From positions 5,550 to 69,549 of the forward strand of contig URLF01000001.1 of NCBI GenBank assembly GCA_900548705.1: a stretch of 64,000 nt of DNA. Direction: 5' to 3'. Made by a program: the position numbers and the translations under genes. Below the pieces are notes generated by a model, which saw only the letters and a program-made list of their open reading frames with translations, made no database searches and was not told where the DNA came from. The DNA is from an uncultured Porphyromonadaceae bacterium (GTDB lineage Bacteria > Bacteroidota > Bacteroidia > Bacteroidales > Muribaculaceae). This document shows, piece after piece, positions 50,443 through 60,945 of the stretch; the first letter of the stretch is position 1, and each line of letters starts with the position of its first letter.

Positions 50443-51247
50443 ATTTTCCTTCAAAAAAAATCCTGTGAAGATTTCCGTGATCACTGCCGCATGGAATTCA
50501 GGCGAGACCATCGAAGATACCCTGCGGAGTGTATTAAACCAGACTTACGGGAATGTGGAGCATATCATCGTTGATGGAAACAGCGATGATCACACAATGG
50601 ACATAGTAAAAAAATACGCCGACCATTATCGCCAACGCGGTTTCAGCCTTAAATGGATATCAGAAACCGACGATGGAATCTACGACGCAATGAACAAAGG
50701 GATTTCCGTCGCCTCAGGAGATGTCGTGGGGCTGCTTAATTCCGATGATTTTTTCACGACAACATCCGTTTTGGAAAAAGTCGCTTCCGAATTTGCCGAT
50801 GTTGAAAATCCCGTTGATGCCGTATACGGTGACATTCATTATGTAAACCCAGACAGGCTTGACAAAACCGTCAGATATTATTGCTCGAAGAAATTCAAAC
50901 GGGAATGGATGAGGATGGGCTTTATGCCCGCCCATCCCTCTTTCTATTGTCGACGTGACATATACAAGAAATACGGACTGTTCGACACCACATTTAAAAT
51001 AGCAGCCGATTTCGAACAGCTGCTCAGGTTGCTTTACATCCATCAGATAAAGGCGAGGTATATATCTCTGGATTTTGTGACAATGCGCACCGGAGGAATT
51101 TCTACCTCTGGTTTCAGTTCTCACATACGCATATATTCAGAACATCGCAAAGCTTACAGAAAAAACGGAGTGTATTCAAATATCTTTCTTGAATCCGCAC
51201 GCTATATATACAAGATTATTCAAGTCTGCAAATCCACATTCAGTTGA
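50435..51247 (+). CDS. family 2 glycosyltransferase (WcaE/WcaA-like size)
   Basis: ISVITAAWNSGETIEDTLRSVLNQTYGNVEHIIVDGNSDD, DAMNKG, and NSDDFF (DxD). Confidence 0.8.
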   Translation: MNEFSFKKNPVKISVITAAWNSGETIEDTLRSVLNQTYGNVEHIIVDGNSDDHTMDIVKKYADHYRQRGFSLKWISETDDGIYDAMNKGISVASGDVVGLLNSDDFFTTTSVLEKVASEFADVENPVDAVYGDIHYVNPDRLDKTVRYYCSKKFKREWMRMGFMPAHPSFYCRRDIYKKYGLFDTTFKIAADFEQLLRLLYIHQIKARYISLDFVTMRTGGISTSGFSSHIRIYSEHRKAYRKNGVYSNIFLESARYIYKIIQVCKSTFS

Positions 51248-51580
51248 CAGATTGTTTTACAATTCTCGTGTATGGCAACAATGCCGACGGCTTTATTCAG
51301 CCCCGGCATTTTTCATATCACAACCACCGGAGCAAGACGCGCCATTTGCGCAACAGCAAATGCCCATAGTTGTCCAAAAAAAATCATAACTTCTTCGTTA
51401 CTAAATTAGTAACATTTTAGCACTATCAAAAAGTTTCCCAAAACTGAAAACTTTTATCAAATTTTCGTGCTTAAATATTGCTCATTTATCAAATTCTGAC
51501 TACCTTTGTCAGCGGTTTGAATGCCTGTTTTATGACATTCACCCCTTAATTGTTAACCTCCAGCTTATTACTCGGAAATC

Positions 51581-53788
51581 ATGATTCAGACAGTCCTCAA
51601 ACGCGATGGCCGCGTTGTCGGTTATAATGAAGAAAAAATAAAGGCCGCCATACGCAAAGCCATGCTCCAGACTCCTCTTGGCGAAGATGAGTCGTTGATT
51701 CACAAAATCACAGACCGCATCGGGGTCTCGGGCAAAGAGCAGATGACTGTGGAGGAAATCCAGGACCGTGTTGAGCTGGAACTTATGAAGTCAACCAGAA
51801 AAGAGGTGGCAAAAAAGTATATCGCGTATCGAGACCAGCGTAGCATAGCGCGCAGGGCAAAGACCCGCGACATTTTCCTTGAAATCATCGAGGCGAAAAA
51901 CAACGACATAACCCGCGAGAACGCCAATATGAATACTGACTCCCCCGCCGGCATGATGATGAAGTTCGCCTCCGAGACAACCAAGCCATTCGTTGACGAC
52001 TATCTCTTGTCGCCGGAAGCCCGTCAGGCTGTGAAAGACGGCTACCTCCATATCCACGACAAAGACTATTATCCCACGAAATCCCTCACCTGCGTACAGC
52101 ATCCCCTTAACAACATCCTGCAACATGGATTCATCGCAGGTCACGGAGAGTCCCGCCCGGCGAAACGCATCGAGACCGCCAGCGTAATCGCATGCATATC
52201 CCTTGAGACCGCCCAAAACGAGATGCACGGCGGCCAGGCTATTCCCGCCTTCGACTTCTATCTCGCCCCCTTCGTGCGCTCCTCATATATAGAAGAGCTG
52301 AAAAAGGCTGAGGCCATTACCGGAGAAGACCTTTCGGATATGTATAACGGCCATATAGACGACTATATCAAGCGGCCGCTTGACGGCCTCAAGGGGAAAG
52401 AACGCGCCTTGCAGCATGCGATGAACTGTACCGTCAGCCGAGTCCATCAGGCAATGGAAGCATTCATCCACAATATGAATACAATCCACTCCCGTGGAGG
52501 CAACCAGGTTGTGTTCTCTTCCATAAACTACGGCACCGACACTTCCGCAGAAGGACGCTGCGTGATTCGTGAATTGCTCCAGTCAACATACGAGGGGGTA
52601 GGCAATGGCGCCACCGCCATTTTCCCCATCCAGATTTGGAAGAAGAAGAGGGGTGTGAACTATGAAAAAGGTGATCCCAACTACGACCTCTACCATCAGG
52701 CCTGCAAAGTCACCGCACGCAGATTCTTCCCCAACTTCGTCAACCTGGACGCGACATTCAACCAGCACGAGAAGTGGAACGCCAACGATCCCGAACGCTA
52801 CCTTTATGAAGTAGCAACAATGGGATGCCGCACCCGCGTCTTCGAAAACCGTTACGGCGAAAAGACCTCAATCGGCCGTGGCAATATCAGCTTCTCCACC
52901 ATCAACATAGTCAGGATAGCAATCGAGTGCATGTCTATCCGCGACCAGAACGAACGTGTCGAACGCTTCTTCAAGAAGCTCGATGACGTGATGGGAATCA
53001 CAGCACGTCAGCTCAACGACAGATTCGACTTCCAGAAAACCGCCCTTGCCAAGCAGTTCCCGCTCCTTATGACACGCCTGTGGAACGGCTCCGAGAAGCT
53101 TGGCCGCAACGATACAATCGAACCGGTCATAAACCAAGGCACACTTGGTATCGGATTCATCGGATTGGCTGAATGCCTGGTGGCTCTGACAGGAAAGCAT
53201 CACGGCGAATCCGACGATTCCCAAAAGCTCGGACTGCGCATCATATCTCACATGCGTTCGCGTGCCAACGAGTTCTCGGAGACGTATGGCCACAATTTCT
53301 CAATTCTTGCCACCCCGGCGGAAGGACTTTCAGGCAAATTCACTGCCAAAGACCGCAAGACCTTCGGCATACTGCCTGGTATCACCGACAAAATCTACTA
53401 CACCAACTCCAACCACGTTCCTGTCTATTACAAATGCTCACCCCGTCACAAAGCCAAAATCGAGGGTCCCTATCATGAGCTCACCCGTGGAGGCCATATC
53501 TTCTATGTGGAAATCGACGGCGACGCAACCCATAACCCCCAGGCGATAGCCGACATCGTAGACCTGATGGACAAGAATAACATCGGCTACTGCTCGGTCA
53601 ACCACAACCGCAACCGGTGTATGGAGTGCGGCTATGAGGATGCCACTGAGAATCTTGATACTTGCCCCCACTGCGCCAGCCATGACATAGACAAGCTGCA
53701 GCGAATCACCGGTTACCTTGTCGGCACTACCGACAGATGGAATTCCGCCAAGCTTGCCGAACTGAAAGACCGCGTGATACACAAATAA
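51581..53788 (+). CDS. nrdD: anaerobic ribonucleoside-triphosphate reductase
   Basis: ATP-cone N-terminus. C-terminal Zn-ribbon CMECGYE..CPHC. Glycyl-radical loop RITGYLVG. Confidence 0.95.
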   Translation: MIQTVLKRDGRVVGYNEEKIKAAIRKAMLQTPLGEDESLIHKITDRIGVSGKEQMTVEEIQDRVELELMKSTRKEVAKKYIAYRDQRSIARRAKTRDIFLEIIEAKNNDITRENANMNTDSPAGMMMKFASETTKPFVDDYLLSPEARQAVKDGYLHIHDKDYYPTKSLTCVQHPLNNILQHGFIAGHGESRPAKRIETASVIACISLETAQNEMHGGQAIPAFDFYLAPFVRSSYIEELKKAEAITGEDLSDMYNGHIDDYIKRPLDGLKGKERALQHAMNCTVSRVHQAMEAFIHNMNTIHSRGGNQVVFSSINYGTDTSAEGRCVIRELLQSTYEGVGNGATAIFPIQIWKKKRGVNYEKGDPNYDLYHQACKVTARRFFPNFVNLDATFNQHEKWNANDPERYLYEVATMGCRTRVFENRYGEKTSIGRGNISFSTINIVRIAIECMSIRDQNERVERFFKKLDDVMGITARQLNDRFDFQKTALAKQFPLLMTRLWNGSEKLGRNDTIEPVINQGTLGIGFIGLAECLVALTGKHHGESDDSQKLGLRIISHMRSRANEFSETYGHNFSILATPAEGLSGKFTAKDRKTFGILPGITDKIYYTNSNHVPVYYKCSPRHKAKIEGPYHELTRGGHIFYVEIDGDATHNPQAIADIVDLMDKNNIGYCSVNHNRNRCMECGYEDATENLDTCPHCASHDIDKLQRITGYLVGTTDRWNSAKLAELKDRVIHK

Positions 53789-53807
53789 ACTATCCGTCTG
53801 ACCACAG

Positions 53808-54308
53808 ATGCACCAAAGCCAGAGATTGAGAGTGCTTGACATAATCCCCGGGACATCAGTTGATGGCCCGGGGTTACGCACCTCCATTTACTTCGCCGGA
53901 TGCGCCCATAAATGCCCGGGATGCCATAATCCCAAGTCATGGGACTTTTCCGCAGGACGCGATATGACCATTGAGGAAATCGTTGAGGAAATCGACCGTC
54001 ACGGTTTCAATGTGACATTTTCAGGTGGAGATCCGCTTTATCAGCTCGACGCATTGATTCCTTTGGCTGAATCCCTGACAAAAAAAGGATACACAATCTG
54101 GTGTTACACAGGCTTCAGGTATGAAGAGATATTGACCTTTCCTGACATTCAACGATTCCTTGGTTTAGTGGAGGTAGTTGTGGATGGCCCCTTTGTCGAG
54201 AGCCAAAAAGACCTGTCGCTTCTTTTCCGTGGCTCGTCAAACCAACGCCTGATTGAAACAAAAACATCCCTTGCGGGTGACATACATCATTGGAATCCAT
54301 CTTTTTAA
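53808..54308 (+). CDS. nrdG: anaerobic ribonucleotide reductase activating protein (radical SAM)
   Basis: GPGLRTSIYFAGCAHKCPGCHNP CxxxCxxC-type cluster motif. 166 aa. Sits immediately after nrdD. Confidence 0.9.
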   Translation: MHQSQRLRVLDIIPGTSVDGPGLRTSIYFAGCAHKCPGCHNPKSWDFSAGRDMTIEEIVEEIDRHGFNVTFSGGDPLYQLDALIPLAESLTKKGYTIWCYTGFRYEEILTFPDIQRFLGLVEVVVDGPFVESQKDLSLLFRGSSNQRLIETKTSLAGDIHHWNPSF

Positions 54309-54462
54309 ACGCCTAATTGTCACAGGAATCATGCTTATACCATAATTTTCACCGAACCATTTCCGATACCCGGTTGTTTAAAATTCGTGTAGATATTTGA
54401 AAGAATTTAAATCTGATTTCAGATTTCAACCTAATTTTTCACAACTCAAAAATCTTACGGAA

Positions 54463-54987
54463 ATGAAGAAGTATCTTTTATTGCTTGCCGTAGTAATCGC
54501 AACTGCCTTTGCCTCACAGGCTCAGAAGGCTGAACTCTACTTTGGATACGGCGGCTACACTCAAATGGATGCGACCAATATGCATGACGACTGGCATGGC
54601 GTCAACACCGCATGGGGTGCGGTCACAGTCGGTGTCAACTTCAATGTCGCCCCTAAATTCTGGCTTGGTCCCAGCTACTCAATATCCAGCACCACCACAA
54701 AAGGAGGTCCCGACCACTCATCGATTCTTTACAACGTCGTGATGCTTAACGGCCGGTATCAGTACTGGAGCAACCGAGTCGTCAAACTTTACGGTCATCT
54801 CGGACTCGGTGTCGAGATTTCCCATATGATGCCAAAGTATAACGATTCCTACAACAAAGCATATTTCGCATACCAGATTTCACCCCTGGGAGCCGAAGCG
54901 CAAATCGCAAGAAATGTAAGCCTCTACGGAGAACTCGGTTTCGGTGCTCAGGGTCTGTTGCAGGTCGGCTTCAGATTCGGACTCTGA
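54463..54987 (+). CDS. small outer-membrane beta-barrel protein (OmpW/OmpA-barrel-like)
   Basis: Signal peptide MKKYLLLLAVVIATAFASQAQ. Alternating aromatic beta-strands. C-terminal GLLQVGFRFGL. Confidence 0.6.
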   Translation: MKKYLLLLAVVIATAFASQAQKAELYFGYGGYTQMDATNMHDDWHGVNTAWGAVTVGVNFNVAPKFWLGPSYSISSTTTKGGPDHSSILYNVVMLNGRYQYWSNRVVKLYGHLGLGVEISHMMPKYNDSYNKAYFAYQISPLGAEAQIARNVSLYGELGFGAQGLLQVGFRFGL

Positions 54988-55058
54988 CCCACGTCAGTAA
55001 GCAATCCCGACTGGATTATCAGTTTGTAAAACTGGAAAAAAATATCTACCTTTGCAAG

Positions 55059-56288
55059 ATGGAATGGGCTATCCCGTTCCATCTTGATTTTATGAAAGAA
55101 AGCATCCCCGAAATAAAAAACATAGCCATACTTGGCTCCACAGGCTCAATCGGGCGACAGACATTGGAGGTCTGTGGTGAATACCCCGACCGGTTGCGCC
55201 CCGTGGTGTTGGTGGCAGGCCATAAAGTCGAGGAACTTGCAATGCAGGCCCTCAGATGGAAGCCAATCATGGCAGTCATCGCCGACACCTCGCTCGAAGG
55301 GAAACTCCGCGACCTGCTGGCAGGTTCAGGCATAAATGTCGCCTCCGGAGATCAAGCAGTGAAAGATGCCATGACGCTCGACGAGGTAGACATTGTCGTT
55401 ACCGCGACTGTCGGATACAGCGGACTCGCGCCGACGCTCTCAGCCATCGAAGCGGGCAAAGACATAGCCCTGGCCAACAAAGAGACCCTGGTTGTGGCCG
55501 GCGATCTCGTGACCCGGAAGCTGGCATCAAGTAAATCCAGAGTAATCCCTGTCGATTCCGAGCATTCCGCCATCTACCAATGTCTTGTCGGAGAAAGCCC
55601 TGAATCAATCAAAAAACTGATAATCACCGCTTCAGGAGGTCCATTCCGCACATGGTCACATGAGATGATAGCCTCGGCGACCCGTACGGATGCCCTGCGC
55701 CATCCCAACTGGTCCATGGGGGCGAAAATCACCATCGACTCCGCCACCATGGTCAACAAGGCATTCGAGATAATCGAAGCACGATGGCTATTCGGTGTGG
55801 CTCCTGAGAAAATCGAAGCCATAGTCCATCCCCAATCAATAGTCCATTCCATGGTGGAATTCGTCGATGGCTCGGTCAAAGCCCAGCTGGGCCAACCCGA
55901 TATGCGCGGGCCTATCCGTTATGCTTTGGCCGGGGCCACACGCCCGGCGACCACCAATCCAGGACTCGATTTCCGCACATTGTCGACCTTGACTTTCGAG
56001 CAGCCTGACGCAAGCCGGTTTCCCGGCATCACACTGGCTCATATAGCATTGGAGAGGGGAGGGCTTATACCGTGTGTGATCAACGCGGCCAATGAGATAG
56101 CCGTGTCGGCGTTCCTTCATGACAAAATCAGGTTCACCGACATATTTCCCCTGATAATGAAAGCCGTCGACACCTTAGGAGAGAATGTGTCTTCACCCTC
56201 TTATGAAGATTATGTGGAATGCAATCGTATGACAAGGGCCAAGACGGCCGAATTCATAGACCTCGGTTTGCCGTTCCACACTAAATAA
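55059..56288 (+). CDS. dxr: 1-deoxy-D-xylulose 5-phosphate reductoisomerase
   Basis: NADPH motif ILGSTGSIGRQTLEV and the DXR catalytic region (DSEHSAIYQC, NKAFEIIEARWLF). The start may be 55092. Confidence 0.93.
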   Translation: MEWAIPFHLDFMKESIPEIKNIAILGSTGSIGRQTLEVCGEYPDRLRPVVLVAGHKVEELAMQALRWKPIMAVIADTSLEGKLRDLLAGSGINVASGDQAVKDAMTLDEVDIVVTATVGYSGLAPTLSAIEAGKDIALANKETLVVAGDLVTRKLASSKSRVIPVDSEHSAIYQCLVGESPESIKKLIITASGGPFRTWSHEMIASATRTDALRHPNWSMGAKITIDSATMVNKAFEIIEARWLFGVAPEKIEAIVHPQSIVHSMVEFVDGSVKAQLGQPDMRGPIRYALAGATRPATTNPGLDFRTLSTLTFEQPDASRFPGITLAHIALERGGLIPCVINAANEIAVSAFLHDKIRFTDIFPLIMKAVDTLGENVSSPSYEDYVECNRMTRAKTAEFIDLGLPFHTK

Positions 56289-56307
56289 CCCACTACCACT
56301 GATTTAA

Positions 56308-57630
56308 ATGGAATCATTTCTCATAAAAGCCTTGCAACTTATAGCGGCGTTATCGCTGCTCGTCATAATCCATGAGTTCGGACATTTCCTGTGGGCCCGT
56401 ATATTCAAAATCAGAGTAGAGAAATTCTATCTCTTTTTCAACCCTTGGTTCTCCCTCTTTAAATGGAAACCGAAGAATAGCGACACGGAATATGGTATTG
56501 GCTGGCTTCCATTAGGCGGCTATGTGAAAATCGCCGGGATGATTGACGAGTCGATGGACAAAGAGCAGATGTCGCAACCCGCCAAGCCCGACGAATTCCG
56601 TGTGAAACCGGCATGGCAACGTCTTCTGGTGATGACCGGAGGTGTCCTAAACAATTTCATCCTGGCCATCATAATATACGCCGGGATAGCCTGGTACTGG
56701 GGGGAAAAGACAATCCCGTATGAAAACGCCTATGAGGGGATGGATTTCGCCCCTGCGGCAATCGAGATGGGTTTCCGGACGGGAGACATATTGCTGGCCG
56801 CAGACGGAGCTAAAATCGACCAGAAAGACCGCGCCCATCTTTTCAAACTGCTTGAATCCAAGAAAGTCACAGTGTTGCGCAATCATCGCGACACAATCGA
56901 TATCCTACTCCCAAAAAACGCGATTGAGAAACTCGATCCCGAACAAGGCTTCATGGGATACCGCATTCCTGTGTTTGTGAAGAATGTGGTCCCAGGCGAA
57001 CCCGCCGCCCACGCCGGCTTGCAGGCTGATGACCGCATAATCGCTGTCGGAGATTCCCTCACACCATCGTTCGGCGAACTCGCCCAAGCATTATACCTTA
57101 ATGGAAGACGCAAGACCACCGTCACTGTGCTTCGCGGCAATGACACCATCACTCTCGCCGCCACTCCGACTGCCGACGGCAAACTCGGGTTCGAGCTCAA
57201 ACGGCCTCTTGAGGTATTTGTGTGTGACACTACCCGTTACGGCTTCTTCCAGTCAATACCTGTTGGAGTCACAAACGGCACAGAAATGCTTGTCACCTAT
57301 GTCGGCTCATTGAAACATATTTTCAGCAAGACCGGTGCTCAATCCATCGGTGGATTCGGGGCAATCGGCAACATGTTCCCGGCCAAATGGAACTGGCGCA
57401 CCTTTTGGGAAATGACAGCATTCCTGTCAATAATCCTTGCATTTATGAACCTGCTGCCTATTCCCGCGCTTGATGGCGGACATGTGGCATTCCTGCTTTG
57501 GGAGGTCATCACCCGTCGCAAGCCTTCGGAGAAATTCCTGGAGAGAGCCCAACTTGCGGGAATGCTGTTCCTTATAGCACTCCTGCTGTATGCTAATTTC
57601 AATGACATATACAGGTTCCTGATTAAATAA
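56308..57630 (+). CDS. rseP: RIP metalloprotease (site-2 protease) RseP
   Basis: HEFGHFLWAR HExxH motif in TM1. PDZ domain. LDG motif region (LLPIPALDGGHV). Confidence 0.9.
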   Translation: MESFLIKALQLIAALSLLVIIHEFGHFLWARIFKIRVEKFYLFFNPWFSLFKWKPKNSDTEYGIGWLPLGGYVKIAGMIDESMDKEQMSQPAKPDEFRVKPAWQRLLVMTGGVLNNFILAIIIYAGIAWYWGEKTIPYENAYEGMDFAPAAIEMGFRTGDILLAADGAKIDQKDRAHLFKLLESKKVTVLRNHRDTIDILLPKNAIEKLDPEQGFMGYRIPVFVKNVVPGEPAAHAGLQADDRIIAVGDSLTPSFGELAQALYLNGRRKTTVTVLRGNDTITLAATPTADGKLGFELKRPLEVFVCDTTRYGFFQSIPVGVTNGTEMLVTYVGSLKHIFSKTGAQSIGGFGAIGNMFPAKWNWRTFWEMTAFLSIILAFMNLLPIPALDGGHVAFLLWEVITRRKPSEKFLERAQLAGMLFLIALLLYANFNDIYRFLIK

Positions 57631-57640
57631 AGCATCCTTC

Positions 57641-58822
57641 ATGAAGATACTCCGATTAAAAAAAGGAAAAGAAGAATCGCTCGACCGTTTCCACCCCTGG
57701 GTGTTTTCCGGAGCTTTGACCGAACCACTGCCTGAAAATCTTGAAGAGGGAGAGGTTGTCGGTGTGGAAAATTCAACAGGTCGTTTCATCGGCACCGGAC
57801 ATTTCCAGGTTGGCTCCATAGCTGTCAGGATTCTGGACTTCTCAGAGCGTGAGATTGACGCGTCCTTTTTCGCTGAACGGCTTCGAGAGGCTCTTGCCGT
57901 AAGGGAAACTCTCGGCTTGAGCCGTCCTGACAACAATGCCTTCCGTCTCGTCCATGGCGAAGGGGACTTCCTGCCCGGACTTGTCGTAGACATATATGGG
58001 CCGACCGCAGTCGTGCAAGCCCATTCACCTGGTATGCACTACTGTCGCGACATAATTGCCCGGGAGCTGGTGAATCTCAAGAACATCGACATAAAGAATG
58101 TCTATTACAAGTCTGAGACGACATTGCCTTTCAAAGCCCGGCTCGACCCTCAGAATGACTACCTGATAGGAGGCTTCGCCGGCAATGAGGCTGTCGAGAA
58201 CGGCTTGAAATTCAACATAGACTGGCTGCGAGGCCAGAAGACAGGCTTCTTTGTCGACCAAAGAGACAATCGTTCCCTACTTGAACATTACTCCAAAGGG
58301 CGGAAAGTTCTTAATATGTTCTGTTATACCGGAGGATTCTCTGTCTACGCTATGAGGGGAGGAGCCGAGCTGGTTCACTCGGTTGATTCTTCAGAAAAAG
58401 CCATCACATTGACAGATGCCAACATCAACCTGAATTTTCCCGGTGATGCCCGTCACAAGTCTTTCGCGGAAGATGCGTTCAAATATCTCGACCGGATGCA
58501 ACCGGGCGATTACGACCTTGTGATTCTCGATCCTCCCGCGTTCGCCAAACACCGGAGCGCGTTAAGGAATGCCCTGCGTGGTTACCAGAAACTGAACTTC
58601 AAGGCGATGGAGAAGCTCGCGCCGGGAAGTCTGTTGTTCACCTTTTCATGCTCACAGGCGGTCAGCCGTGAACAATTCCGTCTGGCGGTATTCTCAGCAG
58701 CCGCGCAATGCAGAAGGAAAATCCGAATCCTGCATCAGCTTACCCAACCGGCCGACCATCCCGTCAACATCTATCATCCGGAAGGGGAGTACCTCAAAGG
58801 TCTCGTCCTTTACGTCGAGTAA
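57641..58822 (+). CDS. rlmI: class I SAM-dependent rRNA (cytosine-C5) methyltransferase RlmI-like with PUA domain
   Basis: N-terminal PUA-like domain (HPWVFSGAL). Methyltransferase motifs (VLNMFCYTGGFSV, ILDPPAFAK). Confidence 0.8.
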   Translation: MKILRLKKGKEESLDRFHPWVFSGALTEPLPENLEEGEVVGVENSTGRFIGTGHFQVGSIAVRILDFSEREIDASFFAERLREALAVRETLGLSRPDNNAFRLVHGEGDFLPGLVVDIYGPTAVVQAHSPGMHYCRDIIARELVNLKNIDIKNVYYKSETTLPFKARLDPQNDYLIGGFAGNEAVENGLKFNIDWLRGQKTGFFVDQRDNRSLLEHYSKGRKVLNMFCYTGGFSVYAMRGGAELVHSVDSSEKAITLTDANINLNFPGDARHKSFAEDAFKYLDRMQPGDYDLVILDPPAFAKHRSALRNALRGYQKLNFKAMEKLAPGSLLFTFSCSQAVSREQFRLAVFSAAAQCRRKIRILHQLTQPADHPVNIYHPEGEYLKGLVLYVE

Positions 58823-58858
58823 GCCACATCATCAAGAAATCAACTGATACAATATAAA

Positions 58859-60904
58859 ATGAAACTCCATAAATCATTGGTCATTGCCACCGCATTGGCC
58901 ACCGCCACAACAACAATGGCAAACACTCTTGCCCCCAACAATCCTTCCGGCACCGTCGTTGACCGCTTCGCTGACATCGAGGTTCTTCGTTATGTGGTGC
59001 CCGGATTCCAGGATTTGACGCTCAATCAGAAGAAGCTTATCTACTTCCTGACAGAAGCCGCCATCCAGGGCCGCGACATCCTGTGGGATCAGAACGGCAA
59101 ATACAATCTTCCCTTGCGTCAACTGCTCGAAACCGTCTACACCAATTATGACGGTGACCGCGATTCGAAAGAATTCAAGGCCTTCGTGACTTATCTGAAA
59201 CAGGTTGAATTCGGCAACGGTGTCTATCATCATTATTCGATGGACAAATTTGTCCCCGGGTTCTCCAAAGCGTGGTTTGCCAACGAAGTGGCAAAACTTG
59301 TGAAAGCAAAACAGCTTACGGTAGCCCCCGAAAAACTCGACATCCTCGAAAAGGTAATCTTTGACCCCGAATTTATGCCAAAGAGGGTCAACCAAGCCGC
59401 CGGAGAAGATCTCATCCTCACCTCCGCCTGCAACCTGTATGACAATATCTCGCAACCCGAGGTGGAAGCATATTACGCGGCTCTCAAAGACACGACAGAC
59501 CTGACCCCGATTTCCTATGGACTGAACTCTCGCCTGGTCAAAACACCCGACGGCGTCATCAAAGAGGAGGTCTACAAGCTCGGAGGATACTACAGCGATG
59601 CAATAGCCCGTATTATCGAAAATCTTGAGAAAGCCCGCAAATATGCCGAATCCCCTCAACAAGCCGCTGTCATCGACGAACTTGTCAAGTTCTACCGCAC
59701 AGGTGACCTCAAGCTTTTTGATTCTTATTCCATCCTGTGGACAGAGGATACCGATTCCCAGGTTGACTTCATCAATGGATTCATCGAGAGCTACGGAGAC
59801 CCCCTCGGCATGACCGGTTCATGGGAGTCAATCGTCAATTTCCGTGACGAGAAAGCCTCGGCCCGCACCAAGACGTTGGCCGCCAACGCCCAGTGGTTTG
59901 AAAACAATTCTCCGGTTGACCCCCGTTTCCGCAAACCGGAAGTCAAAGGTGTGAGCGCCAAAGTAATCAACGCCGCGATTCTCGCGGGGGACGCTTATCC
60001 ATCGACACCCATTGGCATCAATCTCCCCAACGCCAACTGGATTCGCGCCGCACACGGCTCAAAATCCGTAACAATCGAGAATATCACCCGTGCATATGAT
60101 GACGCATCCCATGGCAACGGATTCAACGAGGAATTTGTCATCGACCAGCCCACCCGCGATCTTCTCGACAAATATCTCTTCATCACCGACAACCTCCATA
60201 CCGACCTCCACGAATGTCTCGGCCATGGCTCGGGGCGTCTGTTGCCCGGGGTTGACCCTGACGCGCTGAAAGCTCACGGTTCCACCCTTGAAGAGACCCG
60301 TGCCGACCTGTTCGCCCTCTACTATCTCGCCGATCCCAAACTCATCGAACTTGGACTCCTCGACAACCCCGACGCGTACAAGGCCGAGTATTACAAATAT
60401 ATGCTCAATGGCCTGATGACCCAGCTCATGCGTATCGAACCGGGCAAAGATGTGGAGGAAGCGCATATGCGCAACCGCAAACTGATAGCAGAATGGGCGT
60501 TTGAACATGGCAAGAAAGACAATGTCGTGGAATATGTCGTCAAGGATGGCAAAACCTTCGTGAAGATAAACGACTATGCCAAGCTTCGTGACCTCTTCGG
60601 CCAGCTGCTCAATGAAATCCAGCGCATCAAGAGCGAGGGAGATTACGCGGCGGGGGAAGCTCTGGTAGAAAAATACGCTGTCAAGGTTGACCAGCGTCTC
60701 CACAAGGAGGTACTTGACCGTTACGCCACTCTCGACATCGCTCCCTACAAAGGTTTTGTAAATCCTGTATATGTGGCAGTAGACGGCAACGGCAATCCCA
60801 CATCGGATGAAGATAAAATCACCGACGTGATTGTTACTTACGAAGAGGGGTACATTCCCCAGATGCTCCGTTATTCCAAGGATTATTCTCCCCTCACAAA
60901 ATAA
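58859..60904 (+). CDS. secreted dipeptidyl-peptidase III (M49 family)
   Basis: Signal peptide. HEXXGH zinc motif (HECLGHGSG) followed by EEXRAE-type second motif (EETRADLFALYY). Confidence 0.85.
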   Translation: MKLHKSLVIATALATATTTMANTLAPNNPSGTVVDRFADIEVLRYVVPGFQDLTLNQKKLIYFLTEAAIQGRDILWDQNGKYNLPLRQLLETVYTNYDGDRDSKEFKAFVTYLKQVEFGNGVYHHYSMDKFVPGFSKAWFANEVAKLVKAKQLTVAPEKLDILEKVIFDPEFMPKRVNQAAGEDLILTSACNLYDNISQPEVEAYYAALKDTTDLTPISYGLNSRLVKTPDGVIKEEVYKLGGYYSDAIARIIENLEKARKYAESPQQAAVIDELVKFYRTGDLKLFDSYSILWTEDTDSQVDFINGFIESYGDPLGMTGSWESIVNFRDEKASARTKTLAANAQWFENNSPVDPRFRKPEVKGVSAKVINAAILAGDAYPSTPIGINLPNANWIRAAHGSKSVTIENITRAYDDASHGNGFNEEFVIDQPTRDLLDKYLFITDNLHTDLHECLGHGSGRLLPGVDPDALKAHGSTLEETRADLFALYYLADPKLIELGLLDNPDAYKAEYYKYMLNGLMTQLMRIEPGKDVEEAHMRNRKLIAEWAFEHGKKDNVVEYVVKDGKTFVKINDYAKLRDLFGQLLNEIQRIKSEGDYAAGEALVEKYAVKVDQRLHKEVLDRYATLDIAPYKGFVNPVYVAVDGNGNPTSDEDKITDVIVTYEEGYIPQMLRYSKDYSPLTK

Positions 60905-60945
60905 CAAGGAGCATAAGCTAACATTAATCAACACCTGAACAAGAA

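Noticed and set aside
51248-51580. Possible riboswitch in the 333-bp nrdD leader
   Set aside because: No recognisable cobalamin or other riboswitch core motifs. Only a short palindrome, reported separately at low interest.
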